Assembly (NCBI GenBank): GCA_950097015.1 | Contig: CATNEN010000034.1 | Coordinates: 434,001 to 498,000, forward strand | Length of the DNA stretch: 64,000 nucleotides | Reading direction: 5' to 3' | Source: Macrostomum hystrix | Lineage: Eukaryota > Animalia > Platyhelminthes | Part shown: positions 35,719-48,344 of the stretch, one piece after another | How positions within the stretch are numbered: the first letter of the stretch is position 1 | How the letters are laid out: the number at the start of each line of letters is the position of its first letter | The notes under the pieces: generated by a model | Seen by the model: the letters and a program-made list of their open reading frames with translations, nothing else | Database searches by the model: none | What the model was told of the DNA's origin: nothing | Position numbers and translations under genes: made by a program

Positions 35719-36402
35719 CTCGCGAATGCGCAGGGTGCCACCGTCCACTGGCTGGTGCCCGAATGTGGTCAGCAGCTGTCGCCGGCTGCCTCCGCCGTCA
35801 GTCGGGAAGCTGCCGCTGCCGCCAACGTTACCACCGCCTCCGGCATGGCTGCCATCCATGCAGTTAGACGGGCCGCGGTCAGCGGACGCCGTAGCTGAAG
35901 CCACCGAATCTCCGAGCCGTCCGCCGTTCTTTCCACGGCGCCTTCGACTGCCGCCGCCGCCACCACCGATTCCGCCGCCACCGCTGCTGCCACCGCTGCT
36001 GCCAGACGAGCCGAAAAAGCAGGGCTGACGCCGATTCAGCAGCACAATGGCCACAACCAGCACCACGGTGATGAAGCTGGAGGCGACTACGATGACTAGG
36101 AGGACGGTCCAGTTGTAGCCGGACCCCCAGTTGGCGCCCAGCCTGTCAGACCTGGCGGCGGTGACAAGCACGCTGAAGTTGAGCCAAGCTGTGTGCGGCC
36201 TGGGGGCGCCGCTATCCGACACGGCCAGGCTCAGCAGGTGCCGGCCGGGAGCCAGGGCGTTGGCGACCCGCAGCTGGCCGTTGGACGCATCAATGTCAAA
36301 CAGGCGCACCCGCTGGCGCACCCAGAGCCGCAGGGAGCCGCGACGCAGGCAGTCGAGCGGCGCCTCAGATGGGCTGCAGTCGTCAGCGTCTGTCACTTCG
36401 AT
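35719..36402 (-). CDS. Protocadherin exon: end of EC7, transmembrane helix, juxtamembrane Gly/Ser tract
   Basis: aatctgcag acceptor; IEVTDADD...FDIDASNGQL...LAVSDSGAP; TM WTVLLVIVVASSFITVVLVVAIVLL followed by NRR; GAG|gttcgt donor; 228 codons. Confidence 0.88.
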
Positions 36403-36480
36403 CTGCAGATTCGAGGATGAGCAAATGGGCGGTTGCTAGGGTCTCTGATTTCGTATTTACGTGCACCAAGGTCCGAGAGT

Positions 36481-36839
36481 GCTCTATCTATCTATCTATT
36501 TGCAGGGGGGCCCGGGGCACTTGTCGCACAAGCGACGGAGCGGCACGCATAGCGCCCATCGCGCCGCCTCCCCTGAGCAGGCACCACACACAGCAGCACA
36601 GACCAGCCGGGGAGGGCAGGAGGCACCCAGAATAGGCAGCAGTGCCCCCCACCCCAGCCCCACACGCACAGAGCAGACCAAGCCGGGGTATGAAATAAGT
36701 CCGCAGGGGGGGGGCCGGGTGATGAGTGTACACTTATCCAATCGCGCTGACGGAAATCCAGAAAGCACGCGGCGGTGTATACTTGCCCCCCAGCCACCCT
36801 CCCCCGCAAGGCCTCACGCCCCAGCGCCAACGCACACAA
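36481..36839 (-). mobile_element. 359-bp retroposed insertion (SINE or 5'-truncated LINE 3' end) with a 14-bp TSD and (ATAG)3 tail
   Basis: Direct repeat CAAGGTCCGAGAGT at 36467-36480 and 36840-36853; ctatctatctat abuts one TSD; GC-rich body with a small stem-loop near the tail. Confidence 0.65.
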
Positions 36840-37095
36840 CAAGGTCCGAGAGTTCGAATTTTCGCTAAATTTTCGCACTTAAGGATCAACTCCCAATGCA
36901 CAGTGATTGTGTACACTTCCTGACGATAAAAAAGTCAGGGCAGACGTACACACTTGTAACTGTGTGTGTGTGCTCACAGGTTCTTTCGTCGGGTGTACGT
37001 AAAGTTCGTGGTGAATATCGCACCAGTGCTGCTCCCTGACAGCTTGCTAAAACACCTGCTACTTCAAAAAACCAGTCAGACAGAGAAAAGCAGAC

Positions 37096-38535
37096 CTGAG
37101 CGACGTTCGCTCCCACGGGCTGGTCGTCGGTGATGTTGAATTGCTGGCCAGGCAGCGGTGTCAAGATTTTCGGCGGATTGTCATTTAGGTCGCGCAATCG
37201 CACCGTCACCGTGGCTGTGGTCTCCTGCACCGGCGGTCCTCCGATATTTTTGAGCAGCACCATGAGCAGGTGCTCCGGAGCCGCCTCGCGGTCGAGAACG
37301 CCCCTGGCGGACACCCGGCCGTCCTGCTCGACGCGGAACGTGAGGTTGAGGTCGGGCGGGCTGCGCAGAGTTTGCAACAGCCGGAAGCTTGTCCGGTGAT
37401 TGTCGGTGTTGGGCTGGTCGCGGTCGGTGTAGGCGAGCTGCCCGATAGGGATATAGTTCGCGAAGGCCCCGCCGTAGGTCTCGTTGACAATCAGCTGGCT
37501 TGGCTCGGCCAGCTCCGGTGGATTGTCGTTCACATCGATGATCCTGACGTTGACTCGCGTCCGGTTTCTGTGCAGACCGTCGGAGGCTTCCACGGTCAGG
37601 ACGCAGACGGGCTGCGAGTCGCCGTCGAAGGTGGTCATCGCTTCCCGATCCAACGGGGCCAGCGTGCGGATGTCTCCGGTGAGGGCGTTCACCTGGAAGT
37701 GGCCCTTGTCCAGGCACTCGTCGACCAGGCGGTAGGTAATGTTCGCTGTTGCGTCAGCGTCCGTGGCGATCACGCGAGCCACGAAAGCGTCAGTCAGCTG
37801 CTCCTGCACTTGCTGATCGTAGACGACCATCTCAGGAAATACTGGCCAGTGCTCGTTGACGTCCTCGATATCGATCGAGAAGGTCTTGTTGGTGGTGCGC
37901 CTCGGTTGGCCGTGATCCCAGCACTCCGCGGTCAGCGAGTCCTGCGCCTGGGCCTCGCGGTCATAAACCCGGGTGGAGTTAAGAGCGTAGATTTTGGCGT
38001 CGCCGTCATTGGCAGGAATGAGGCGCATGGCGAATCGGTCGCCGCCCTCCGCCAGGCGGCAGTCGACTCGGCCGTTCTCGCCGAGGTCGCCGTCGGAGAC
38101 GCGCAGCACTGCAAAGCGGCCGTTGATGACGCCCTCGCGAAGCGCGGGCAGATCGGATCGAGTCTCCAGCCACAGGTCCGGCGAGTGGTCGTTGACGTCA
38201 AGGAAGCTGATGAACACCCGGGCGGTGTCGCTCAGAGGCGGAGAGCCGCTGTCCGAGACGCGGACCTCAAATCGCACATTTGGCTGGGCGGCCGCGTTCA
38301 GCCGGCCAGTCAGCAGCAACTCGCCGGTGGTTGCGTCAACGTCAAACGCTTCGCCGCCGGGTCGGACAATCGAGAACGCCAGACGGCCATAGGCTCCAGC
38401 GTCAGCGTCCTCAGCGGCCAGTGTGCCCACCACGACTCGCTGGCCGGGCTTGTAGGCCGACTCGGACACGGGCGGGAACTCGTAGTCTCGCTGGCTGAAC
38501 TTCGGCCAGTTGTCGTTAACGTCGAGCACGCGCAC
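37096..38535 (-). CDS. Protocadherin exon: end of EC2 through start of EC7
   Basis: cgccgcag acceptor and CAG|gtctgc donor; 480 codons; repeated DxNDN/DxD/LDRE motifs (DVNDNWP, DVNDHSP, DVNEHWP, DVNDNPP, DLNDNPP). Confidence 0.95.
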
Positions 38536-38589
38536 CTGCGGCGTTGGAGCGAGCGGGACTTAGGACTGGTTTGAGCACTCCCTAATTTG

Positions 38590-38685
38590 GATTAGGGACC
38601 GGATTGGGCATGAGGACGTTGAATTAGGGACTGGATTGAGCATGAGGACGTCGAATTAGGGACTGGATTGAGCATGAGGAAGTTG
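38590..38685. repeat. 32-bp triplicate ATTAGGGACTGGATTGAGCATGAGGACGTTGA in protocadherin intron
   Basis: Three copies at 38591, 38623 and 38655. Confidence 0.85.
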
Positions 38686-38748
38686 ATTTGAAAAATGATT
38701 TGAAAAGTAAGGCCTCCCGGAGACCAATAGGACAAGCGTTGTCCTAAC

Positions 38749-39486
38749 CTGCAAAGTGGTGGTGTTGCAGAGCCGCTGTAGCCGGCCTCTGTCGCAGGCC
38801 TCCAGGGTGATGTTGTAGCCGCGCAGTGTTTCGTAGTCTAAGCCGGGACCAACCCGGAGCTGCGGCTGGCCCGTGTCCGCCTGGTGCAGCTGGTCCACCG
38901 TCATTCTAGCCGGGACGCTCATGCTGACGATGCGGGTGACGGTGGCTCCGTTTTCGCCGGCGTCGCGGTCCAGAACAGCCGGCAGCTGCAGCATCTGCTC
39001 GTTGACATTCTCGCTGACTTCCAGGGGCGCATGCAGCTCGGCGAATGCCGGCGCGTTATCGTTCTTGTCCCTGATGACCAGCTCGAAGTGGACTAGGCGC
39101 ACGATGCTGGCGCTGTCGCGTTCGAAGTTCTCCATGCGCAGGCTGTAGAGCTTGCGGCACTCGGGCAGGTCGGGGCAGTGCATGTCAGGACTCTCCCTGT
39201 CGATGCGGCTGTTGAGCCGCAGTTTGCCATCCGGCTCCACCTTGACGAGCAACCTGGCGATCTCCCAGCCGGGCCCGAAGCCTTTCGGCTTGCTCAGTGT
39301 CAGCCGGTCTCCAACCGCTGGGTCTAGCTTCATGCAGTCCTTGTACAGGTTGGGGCCTTCCAGAACCGCGCCGGGCTCCACCTCCTCGTCTACGCTGAAC
39401 CTGCAGACGTCGCTAGCCGCGGCCGCGGCGGCGGCGGCACAGACGATCGACAGGAGAGCCGGCAGGAGCAGCGGGTGCAGCCGCAT
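38749..39486 (-). CDS. Protocadherin first coding exon: signal peptide, EC1, most of EC2
   Basis: MRLHPLLLPALLSIVCAAAAAAAS signal peptide; IDRES; C-X5-C (CPDLPEC) typical of protocadherin EC1; DKNDNAP; DRDAGENG; LDYET; CAG|gttagg donor; 246 codons. Confidence 0.93.
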
Positions 39487-42400
39487 GTCCGGCCTGTGCG
39501 AGGGGAGCAATTGAAATATTCTGTGTCCCATTGAAACTTGCTTCAGCCTTACCTGTGACACGGGTACCGGCATCAGCTGGGGTAGAAAACTGCACGCAGC
39601 CTTTGCCCAATCGGGCTAGGTGTCATTCTTCTTCTACTGTCTATGAGCGAAAGCTCCCAGTGCAAACTTATCTGTGGAATAATTGGCTGTGCTTTGTGGA
39701 AGACAGTGGGCCAGCAGAGGCCTCACTATTAGCGTCCAGCTTATCAATACCTCAAAACAGGTGATTTAATGACTTTTTCTTGGGATTTCGGTGGCCGGAA
39801 AGTCCAGGTGGGAATCTTCGACACCAATGAACTCGCTTCACGCAGCTCCTCCCACCGGTTTCGCATGCCCGGCAGTCACTGTAATTTCGCATTCCACAGG
39901 CACGCCTGGGACCCTACGTGAGGTCCGTGGGTGGTCCCCAGATTCACTGAGGTGGACTGGGGGATATTTTCCCGGGAAAACGCTCCCTCATTAACGTTTC
40001 GTACTGCGCCACGTTTTCTTGTTCTGTAACCCAGAAAACAATGAAATTTGTGCGCCGAAACAAAACCCCAGAGATTGCTTATTTGGGAAATATTTATTGA
40101 ATAAAATCACTGCAAGAAGTGAACCTGACAAAGCACCTCCCAACACAGGAAATTGCCGGGTTCCCTTCAATCGCTGGGGTCAAAAAAAGTAATCGAATGG
40201 GAAGCAAAAATTTATGAAGAACAATGACTAGCCTTGAACTTCAATAAATTATGAACAAAAACCGAAGGTAAATGGAATGAAAAGTTTAGCTAGTAACACA
40301 CTTTCTTCTGCTTTCAATTTCATCCTTATGATTTGCTATTTCTCTCCTATCGCAGCCTTTCTTTCAGTCTGAATGGTACTTGAAGGAGGTCAAGCAGTGC
40401 TTGGTGCAGGTAGTGGTCAGTACCATGGGCCGAATTCGATAGAACTTTAAGACCTTAATTGACCCTAGTTAACAACTCATTGCGTGGGGATATTACTAAA
40501 GGATGAAGTGGCCACGATTTTCCTCACAGTGTGACACTGTGACCCACAGCTATACAGCAGTGATCAGAACTGACAGAATGGGACAGATGAATCAGCACAA
40601 AAGCGATCGCAGATCGATAGTCTGATTGATCTGATCGATAGGTTAAGGCAAAAATCCGATGGCTTTGTCACATTAGTAACATCAGTGGCGCAAGCTAAAC
40701 TGAATCCAACAATATTCAACATCGGGGGGTCATGGAAAAAGTGTCAGATTTTGTTCGACTGTAGTCACACACGCGCGCGCGCGAAAAGTGTTTGACTAAC
40801 CCGCGGCAGCTGCTTGTCGGCCCCAGCGGCTCCCCACTTGTGCGTCCATTTAGATAATGAAGCTGTGTCAGCGGCTGCTCCACTTTCGCTGATCCCAGCT
40901 TTGTTAGACATTTCAATTCCGGTAAAAAACTACCCGCCTAGAATCCTCCCTCATCAGCCAGAATAGATTGTCAATCTAGTCGACTGTGCCGGGGCTTTTC
41001 TAATCGGAGCAAGATGAGGCGAAAAGGATTCAGCAGCAACTGTTACTGTCTCCGCTGGCTCCCCGTTGTGAGTCCACAAAGAATCCAAAGGATGCAGCTA
41101 TGCAGCGGCAATCTTTTCGAAACAGTTGCCAGATGTGGCCATAGACAACTAATCGGCTGCACATTCCAACCCGGTGAAAGAAGAAGACAAGGGAAGACAA
41201 GAATTGAAAGCAAAGAACAGCAAAAATTACCGTACCCACCGCATGCTTCTAATTTCAATCGGCCCTACAAAATCTCTCTATATACAATAATTCATTCAAA
41301 ATAAAGTTTACATTTGGTAGTTTCTACTGTTCCAGTGTCATTCGCATACATTATTTGCACTTCAAGGCTAGAATGATATTGAATGTACAAGACAACAGCA
41401 CACACTTGGGAACTGTGACAATGACTGTGGCAAGCACAGTTGATGCAAAATAACAAAATATTAACAGATAGGCAGCCCCCCCCCGCTTCCTGACCCCGGC
41501 TGGCGGTGTGTTTCTTAGAATCCGCTGCCGTCTTGCTGAAGGAGAGGCCGTGGACAGCCACTCAGTAGGAGTGATTGATCAAGGAAGCTACCCGGTTCCA
41601 TAACCGATTGGGCTGCAGAAGTGAAGAGATTGTGGGGAGGACAAGCTAAATGCTTCAGGGCTGGACTAAATCAGGTCGGCAAGTAACGAGGAGGATTCCT
41701 AGCAGTCGGATGAAAGGAAGGTCATTCTTCACCTGGTATCGGCACAATGGGTTAAGCAGTATGTCAATTGCAGGCCTTCATCATATCATTTCTTTCCATT
41801 CTATGACTGCCTGTGCAATGCTTGGCAACAAACTTCTTAATCCATTCTAAATTAAGATTATGAGTTCAGGATTTATGACTACGCCAAGAAGTTGCCTGGA
41901 AAGAAAAGGAAAGAAGAAATGCAGAATGGGTTGCATAATATATAATCAATAATTTGTGTGGATCTATTGATTACCGGTCTAGCGGTGCGAATTACTGTAC
42001 ACCAGATGATCAATTGATCTAGTGATGGTGTCTGCAGTGTTTGTCTTGCCTGATAGTTTGAGATACTGCAGTCCTACCCCCTAGTCTGGTTTGTCAGTGG
42101 ATTATGAAGCATAGTTACCATTATCATGATAGTGACTCGGTTACCAGCGCTAAGCAACAACATCCCATAGTTAGCAGCATTACACTGGATTAATGAAATA
42201 CACAGTGAAACACATTGCCACTCGTGTGCATAACGCTGTTTTTACACTTTTCGAACACGGAGTGGACAAAAATTTGCACTTTCTTATGTCACCCAGTAGA
42301 ACACCCTCAGACAGCTGACGGGCCCGTTGAAACTGCTGGTGTCAACTCTCGGTTGCAAGTGCATAACTCTGAATGGATGGCTGGCATACAGCTAATATAT

Positions 42401-42554
42401 AGAGCCACTGACTAGTACAAGAACTGCATTAGTGCTTGCTGTTGCTGTCATCGGAGGGGAAATGTTGAAACTAACGGGCTTTTTAAAACAGCTCGGCTGG
42501 CTATGTTATACAATCTGGTAGGTAAGCTAGTGTTATGTAACAATATTTGCCACA

Positions 42555-43222
42555 ATTCAACCACTCGCTCAGTCTCTCATTCAGCCACTCGCTCAGTCTC
42601 TCATTCAGTCACTGGCTCAGTCTCTCATTCAGCCACTCGCTCAGTCTCTCATTCAGTCACTCGCTCAGTCTCTCATTCAGCCACTCGCTCAGTCTCTCAT
42701 TCAGTCACTCGCTCAGTCTCTCATTCAGTCACTCGCTCAGTCTCTCATTCAACCACTCGCTCAGTCTCTCATTCAGTCACTGGCTCAGTCTCTCATTCAG
42801 CCACTGGCTCAGTCTCTCATTCAGCCACTCGCTCAGTCTCTCATTCAACCACTCGCTCAGCCTCTCATTCAACCACTCGCTCAGTCTCTCATTCAGTCAC
42901 TGGCTCAGTCTCTCATTCAGCCACTCGCTCAGTCTCTCATTCAGCCACTCGCTCAGCCACTAACCCGCTCAGCCACTCACTCGGTCACTCGCTCAACCAC
43001 TCACTCGCTCAGCCACTCACTCGATCAGCCACTCACTCGCTCAGCCACTCACTCGCTCAGCCACTCACTCGGCCACTCACTCGCTCAGCCACTCACTCGC
43101 TCAGCCACTCACTCGGCCACTCACTCGGCCACTCACTCGCTCAGCCACTCACTCGGCCACTCACTCGCTCAGCCACTCACTCGCTCAGCCACTCACTCGG
43201 CCACTCACTCGCTCAGCCACTG
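42555..43222. repeat. 24-bp minisatellite CAGCCACTCGCTCAGTCTCTCATT grading into 12/16-bp CAGCCACTCACTCGCT units
   Basis: Direct reading. Confidence 0.92.
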
Positions 43223-43804
43223 CCCAGTACTAGTCTGCTCTTAAAAGTGCATGATCCAAACTTCTCCGCGACTGCAGTGGAGCAGATGAAAGCAGGCATA
43301 GTTCAAGCGCTCAGAGTCATCGACCCGACCTTCTTGAGTTGCAGTCGATCTCCTTAACACTGAGGCGAGCGCAGTGTGGACCAGCTGGCCTGTTTTCATC
43401 CAGTTTCTAAGAAAACAACTATTTTTTCGGCCCGCAGAGTTCGCCGACACGCCGCGAAATCAAACCCGGATTGGGGGGGCGAATGGGAACAGATGATTGA
43501 TCATCGGGATCTCACCAGAACAGAAAATTGCACCGGCCAAGGCCCTGCAGCAATAGCTTCCTATTTCTGCATTCCTCATTTTGAGCAAGTTTTCTCCTTC
43601 TGCCTTTGTTCGTGCTGAGCCGTGCTACCCGAGTTAATCTGAGCAGTCCTGGCTATTTCGTCACTCCGGAATGCTACTCGGGATCTTTCTAAACATCTCG
43701 CCTAGATTTGCTGTAATCTGTTTTCATCAGAGCATCGCATTTTCTGCAGCAGCACACATCTTTCAAGCGATGAGAAATTTGCCGAACCGCTTTCTGACCC
43801 TGCA

Positions 43805-45050
43805 TCTCTACCTACATCTCATCTCTAACCTAACGTCTCTCGCCTAGATCTTTAACCTACGACTCTCCCTACACCTCTAACCTACGAGTACAACTCTCCC
43901 TACATCTCTATCCTACAACTCTCCCTACATCCCCAAACTACAACACTCCCTACATCTCTAACCTAGAACTCTCCCTACATCTCTAACCTACAACTCTCCC
44001 TACATCTCTAACCTACAACTCTCCCTACATCTCAAACCTACAACTCTCCCTACATCTCTAACCTACAACTCTCCCTACATCTCTAACCTACAACTCTCCC
44101 TACATCTCTAACCTACAACTCTCCCTACATCTCTAACCTACAACTCTCCCTACATCTCTAACCTACAACTCTCCCTACATCTCTAACCTACAACTCTCCC
44201 TACATCTCTAACCTACAACTCTCCATACATCTCAAACCTACAACTCTCCCTACATCTCTAACCTACAACTCTCCCTACATCTCTAACCTACAACTCTCCA
44301 TACATCTCAAACCTACAACTCTCCCTACATCTCTAACCTACAACTCTCCCTACATCTCTAACCTACAACTCTCCCTACATCTCAAACCTACAACTCTCCC
44401 TACATCTCTAACCTACAACTCTCCATACATCTCAAACCTACAACTCTCCCTACATCCCTAACCTACAACTCTCCCTACATCTCTAACCTACAACTCTCCC
44501 TACATCTCTAACCTACAACTCTCCCTACATCTCTAACCTACAACTCTCCCTACATCTCTAACCTACAACTCTCCCTACATCTCTAACCTACAACTCTCCA
44601 TACATCTCAAACCTACAACTCTCCATACATCTCTAACCTACAACTCTCCCTACATCTCTAACCTACAACTCTCCCTACATCTCTAACCTACAACTCTCCA
44701 TACATCTCAAACCTACAACTCTCCCTACATCTCTAACCTACAACTCTCCCTACATCTCTAACCTACAACTCTCCCTACATCTCAAACCTACAACTCTCCC
44801 TACATCTCTAACCTACAACTCTCCCTACATCTCTAACCTACAACTCTCCATACATCTCAAACCTACAACTCTCCCTACATCCCTAACCTACAACTCTCCC
44901 TACATCTCTAACCTACAACTCTCCCTACATCTCTAACCTACAACTCTCCCTACATCTCAAACCTACAACTCTCCCTACATCTCTAACCTACAACTCTCCC
45001 TACATCTCTAACCTACAACTCTCCCTACATCTCTAACCTACAACTCTACG
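43805..45050. repeat. 25-bp minisatellite CTCTAACCTACAACTCTCCCTACAT
   Basis: About 47 copies with a degenerate left edge. Confidence 0.96.
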
Positions 45051-48000
45051 AGTACATATATTCCAATGCTAAGTGTGCAGCCGTACTCAGCAGTTTTTTG
45101 CTAAAAACTGGCGCAACAGGTACTCACAATTTTTACAACTATAGCACGCAGAAGCGAACTGACTGACTGACAGAAATAAAATAATAAAATCTTAATTATT
45201 GGCGCCAAGCAATAATTGCTGGCTCTGCTTTGACTTGCTTCAAGTGATGTAGGGAAAAAACTGATTGAAAGTCTTAGGGGCTGAGAGGGGTGCAGCAGCA
45301 GCGACCTAGTTTAGACGCCTTGAGTCCTTGATCTGGGCCAGCTATTAGAAACGCAACCGTACCCTTAGTCAAGTCAGAGTAATTCAATGCAATTCATCAG
45401 CCAGACCGCTTTCAACTATTTGCACCTCTTCATTTCTTCTCCTTCCAGTGGAGCTATTCATTTCTAAGAATGTTGATACATTCTAGCCTTGGAATTTGCC
45501 TAGATCTGTGCAATAATTAACTGGACCATTGTCCAACAGAATTTTATTCCCTAACACCCTCGAGGCATTGTTCAATATGATTATTTCTCTGTACCTGTAG
45601 CTGTGCAGTCTGCAATGCTGATTTCTCATTGTCTCATTCAAAATAGTCCGGTCTTGTTGCCGAGGGCTTCACAATTAGCTATCTTCACTGTGTTACTAGC
45701 AGTGCTAATTACACTACACCTCAATGGCTATAGTGGTGTAATCTGTGTTCTCAGAGCACATTTTGATATCAGGCAGTTTTCTCCATTTCATTTCTTCCGT
45801 TGCCACGCAGTTGAGTTGCTAATATGGACAAACTAATGGCCAGGAAATCTCAGCCGTGACTGGCAGGTCAGTTCTTAAACATAGCGTGCAAAACTTGCAT
45901 TTCCTGGCATGCAGCTAATAGCAGCTCTGATCCAACCTTTACCTTATCCCGCATAGGTGGGGATCATGCTATACTCAAAATTAACAACATTTTGCGAACC
46001 CCTGCAGTGTGTGAGCCGAATCATTCTTATGACGCGGTCTTATTATGCGTCCGCACGGAAATCCCATCTCACTCCCTCCTGTCTTCCCGTCGCCCCATTT
46101 TCCTCACTAATTCTCTATGGCCATGTTTGCCCACGAGGTGGCCGCCGTCTGTTTTTCAGCAAGTTTTTCCCGCAAGCAAGCAAGCAGGCAGGCAAGCAAG
46201 TTCTTTGAGAAAGTGCCGCTGTGTGTCTGTGGGGTGGGGGAAGGGAGGGCTAGAGGATTCAAAAACACTTCTCACGAGTGAGTATGTGTGCTCACTCAGC
46301 AAAGCGCGTTGGAAGCATTTGAAATGAAATTTAACGAATTAATTGATCGGCGGTGACGAAAAGGCTTTGAGCTGAAAATGCGGCTGGAAATTAGAGAACT
46401 CAGAGACAAGCTTCATTTCTAAGAAACAACGGACCTCAGCAAAGAACTTTTTAATTTTTTATTTAAAGCATGACTAACCGCTTGGTGTAAAAAATGGTTC
46501 TCGGCCAACTTAATCGAGACAATATTTTAAATATTCTTCTTCTTAATCCGTCCGTGCTTGAGCTTGAGGGCATGTCAAACCCATGCCGAGTTGTCAGATC
46601 CGCTCTTCTCTCTCTCCCGAGATGATTGCGTCAGATCCCAAAATAGGCCGCATTGTTGAGCTCAGAATCCAATGAGTTCCCCCCATTCCCCTAGAAGAGA
46701 TTGTAGACAAACAAAAACTTTGAAGCCCCCATCTGAGTCAGGCCCTCCGGGGGAAGCAAGTGAGATATCAGAAATGATTCCCAAACACCAGAGCTGACAG
46801 GCTGATAAAGCGCAAAGCCCTGTCTGTTGAGTCCTATTTTGCCCATTTCGAATAAACCGCGGCTCACATTATTATCCCTTCAAACCTTGATCCCCGGGGG
46901 CTCCCCAATCCCAAGTTATCCCCAGTTTTAGTTTTGATCCCAATCTTGTGGCAATCCCCGCCCATTACTTTTTTCCCACTTTTTCCCTCCTCGTCTTCAG
47001 GGCGGAGGGGTCTCGCACCTCGAGTTGACATTGCGGCGCAGATTTGATACGAAGCAAACAAGACAAGGGGAGAGAAAACGACGCTGAGAGGGGGGGCTTT
47101 GAGAAGCACAGCTCAGCTCCGCGGTGCGGACAGGAAAGATGACGAAGCGAGGCCGAGGGTTAGCGGCGGCAGATGAAGGAACTCTCGGATCCTGCTTAGC
47201 GAATTGCTGCGGGCGATTGCTTCACAGTTTCTTGGGGATCGTGACGTAACCAACGAAGACTCACCGCACCATCGCTCTCATTCTCATTCTTCCCAACTTC
47301 ATTTCTCCCCCTAGCCGTGCACCGCGATATCCCGTCACTCGGCTCTGATTTACCGAGCGTGCGGAAGAAGAGAGAGAGAGCGAGCGCCATTGTGGGGAAC
47401 GTCGTACCGATGATGCCTCGGTCCTCGCGGTCTCCAGTTGATCGCAGAGTTTGAGCACGCGTGCTCAAGGCGATACTTTCAGCTCCATTATTTGTGAATC
47501 AAGCTATGGGGGACTTTTTCTATCAAAGGGGGATGTTTCCGCTCGGCTGACTGACAGGGCTGCCTTGGTCAGCCAGTGGCATCTCTCTCTTGTCTCTCTG
47601 CTACCTCCCCTTGTTTCCGCCGTGTCCGTTCACACAAAGACCTGCAGCGGAACGAACAAAGACTGACAAGGCTTGCGCCTGAAAATGAAGCACCCATGCG
47701 CAAAGCGGGGTTTGATGCGGGCCAGTTCATTTTTTCTCAGAGAGAAGGGATTTCGGGGATTTAATCGAAATTTTATTTCTTCATTTGACGACGGAGAATC
47801 GCTTCCTCGATGGGATTATTATCCCCTTATTCGACATCCCCCAGCAGTGAGAGGCTGGGCGGGGCAAAGTAAGGATGGGGCAAGAAGGGGATAAGATTTC
47901 ATGCTGGGCCGGGTACCGCACCGACCACCCCAGGCCAAATCTCAGGACGATCTCGGCCTCATCACAGACTGAGCAGTTGCGAAATCCGGCATGGGCTCTA

Positions 48001-48344
48001 ACAGTCCCTTAGGGAGGCCGGGGGTGGGGCTGACAGTTACTTTGGCCAGCAGCGACAAACGGATCAGTTTTTGCATTATCTCCCCCCTCAGCGTCCAAAT
48101 GGCTTCAGAATTTGCTCTTATTTAAAATGAAGCAGATCGGATTGAGGCTTTTCCCCCGGTCCTCAGACACCGGATTGCTGACTGGATTAGCTGGCTTTGT
48201 TGACGGCTTAGATTGATTTCAACTACCCCTGCCGATGGGTTGTTATCTAACTGCCTCCTTGCATCGCCTCATCCACCACCTTCTGCTCCTGTGCCTGGCT
48301 CCTCAGCATTCTGAATCTCCTGCTACTATCTATCTTCTACACAT

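Noticed and set aside
39967-39980. 14-bp palindrome TTTTCCCGGGAAAA (STAT-like) upstream of the protocadherin
   Set aside because: A single short motif, not distinguishable from chance in 64 kb.
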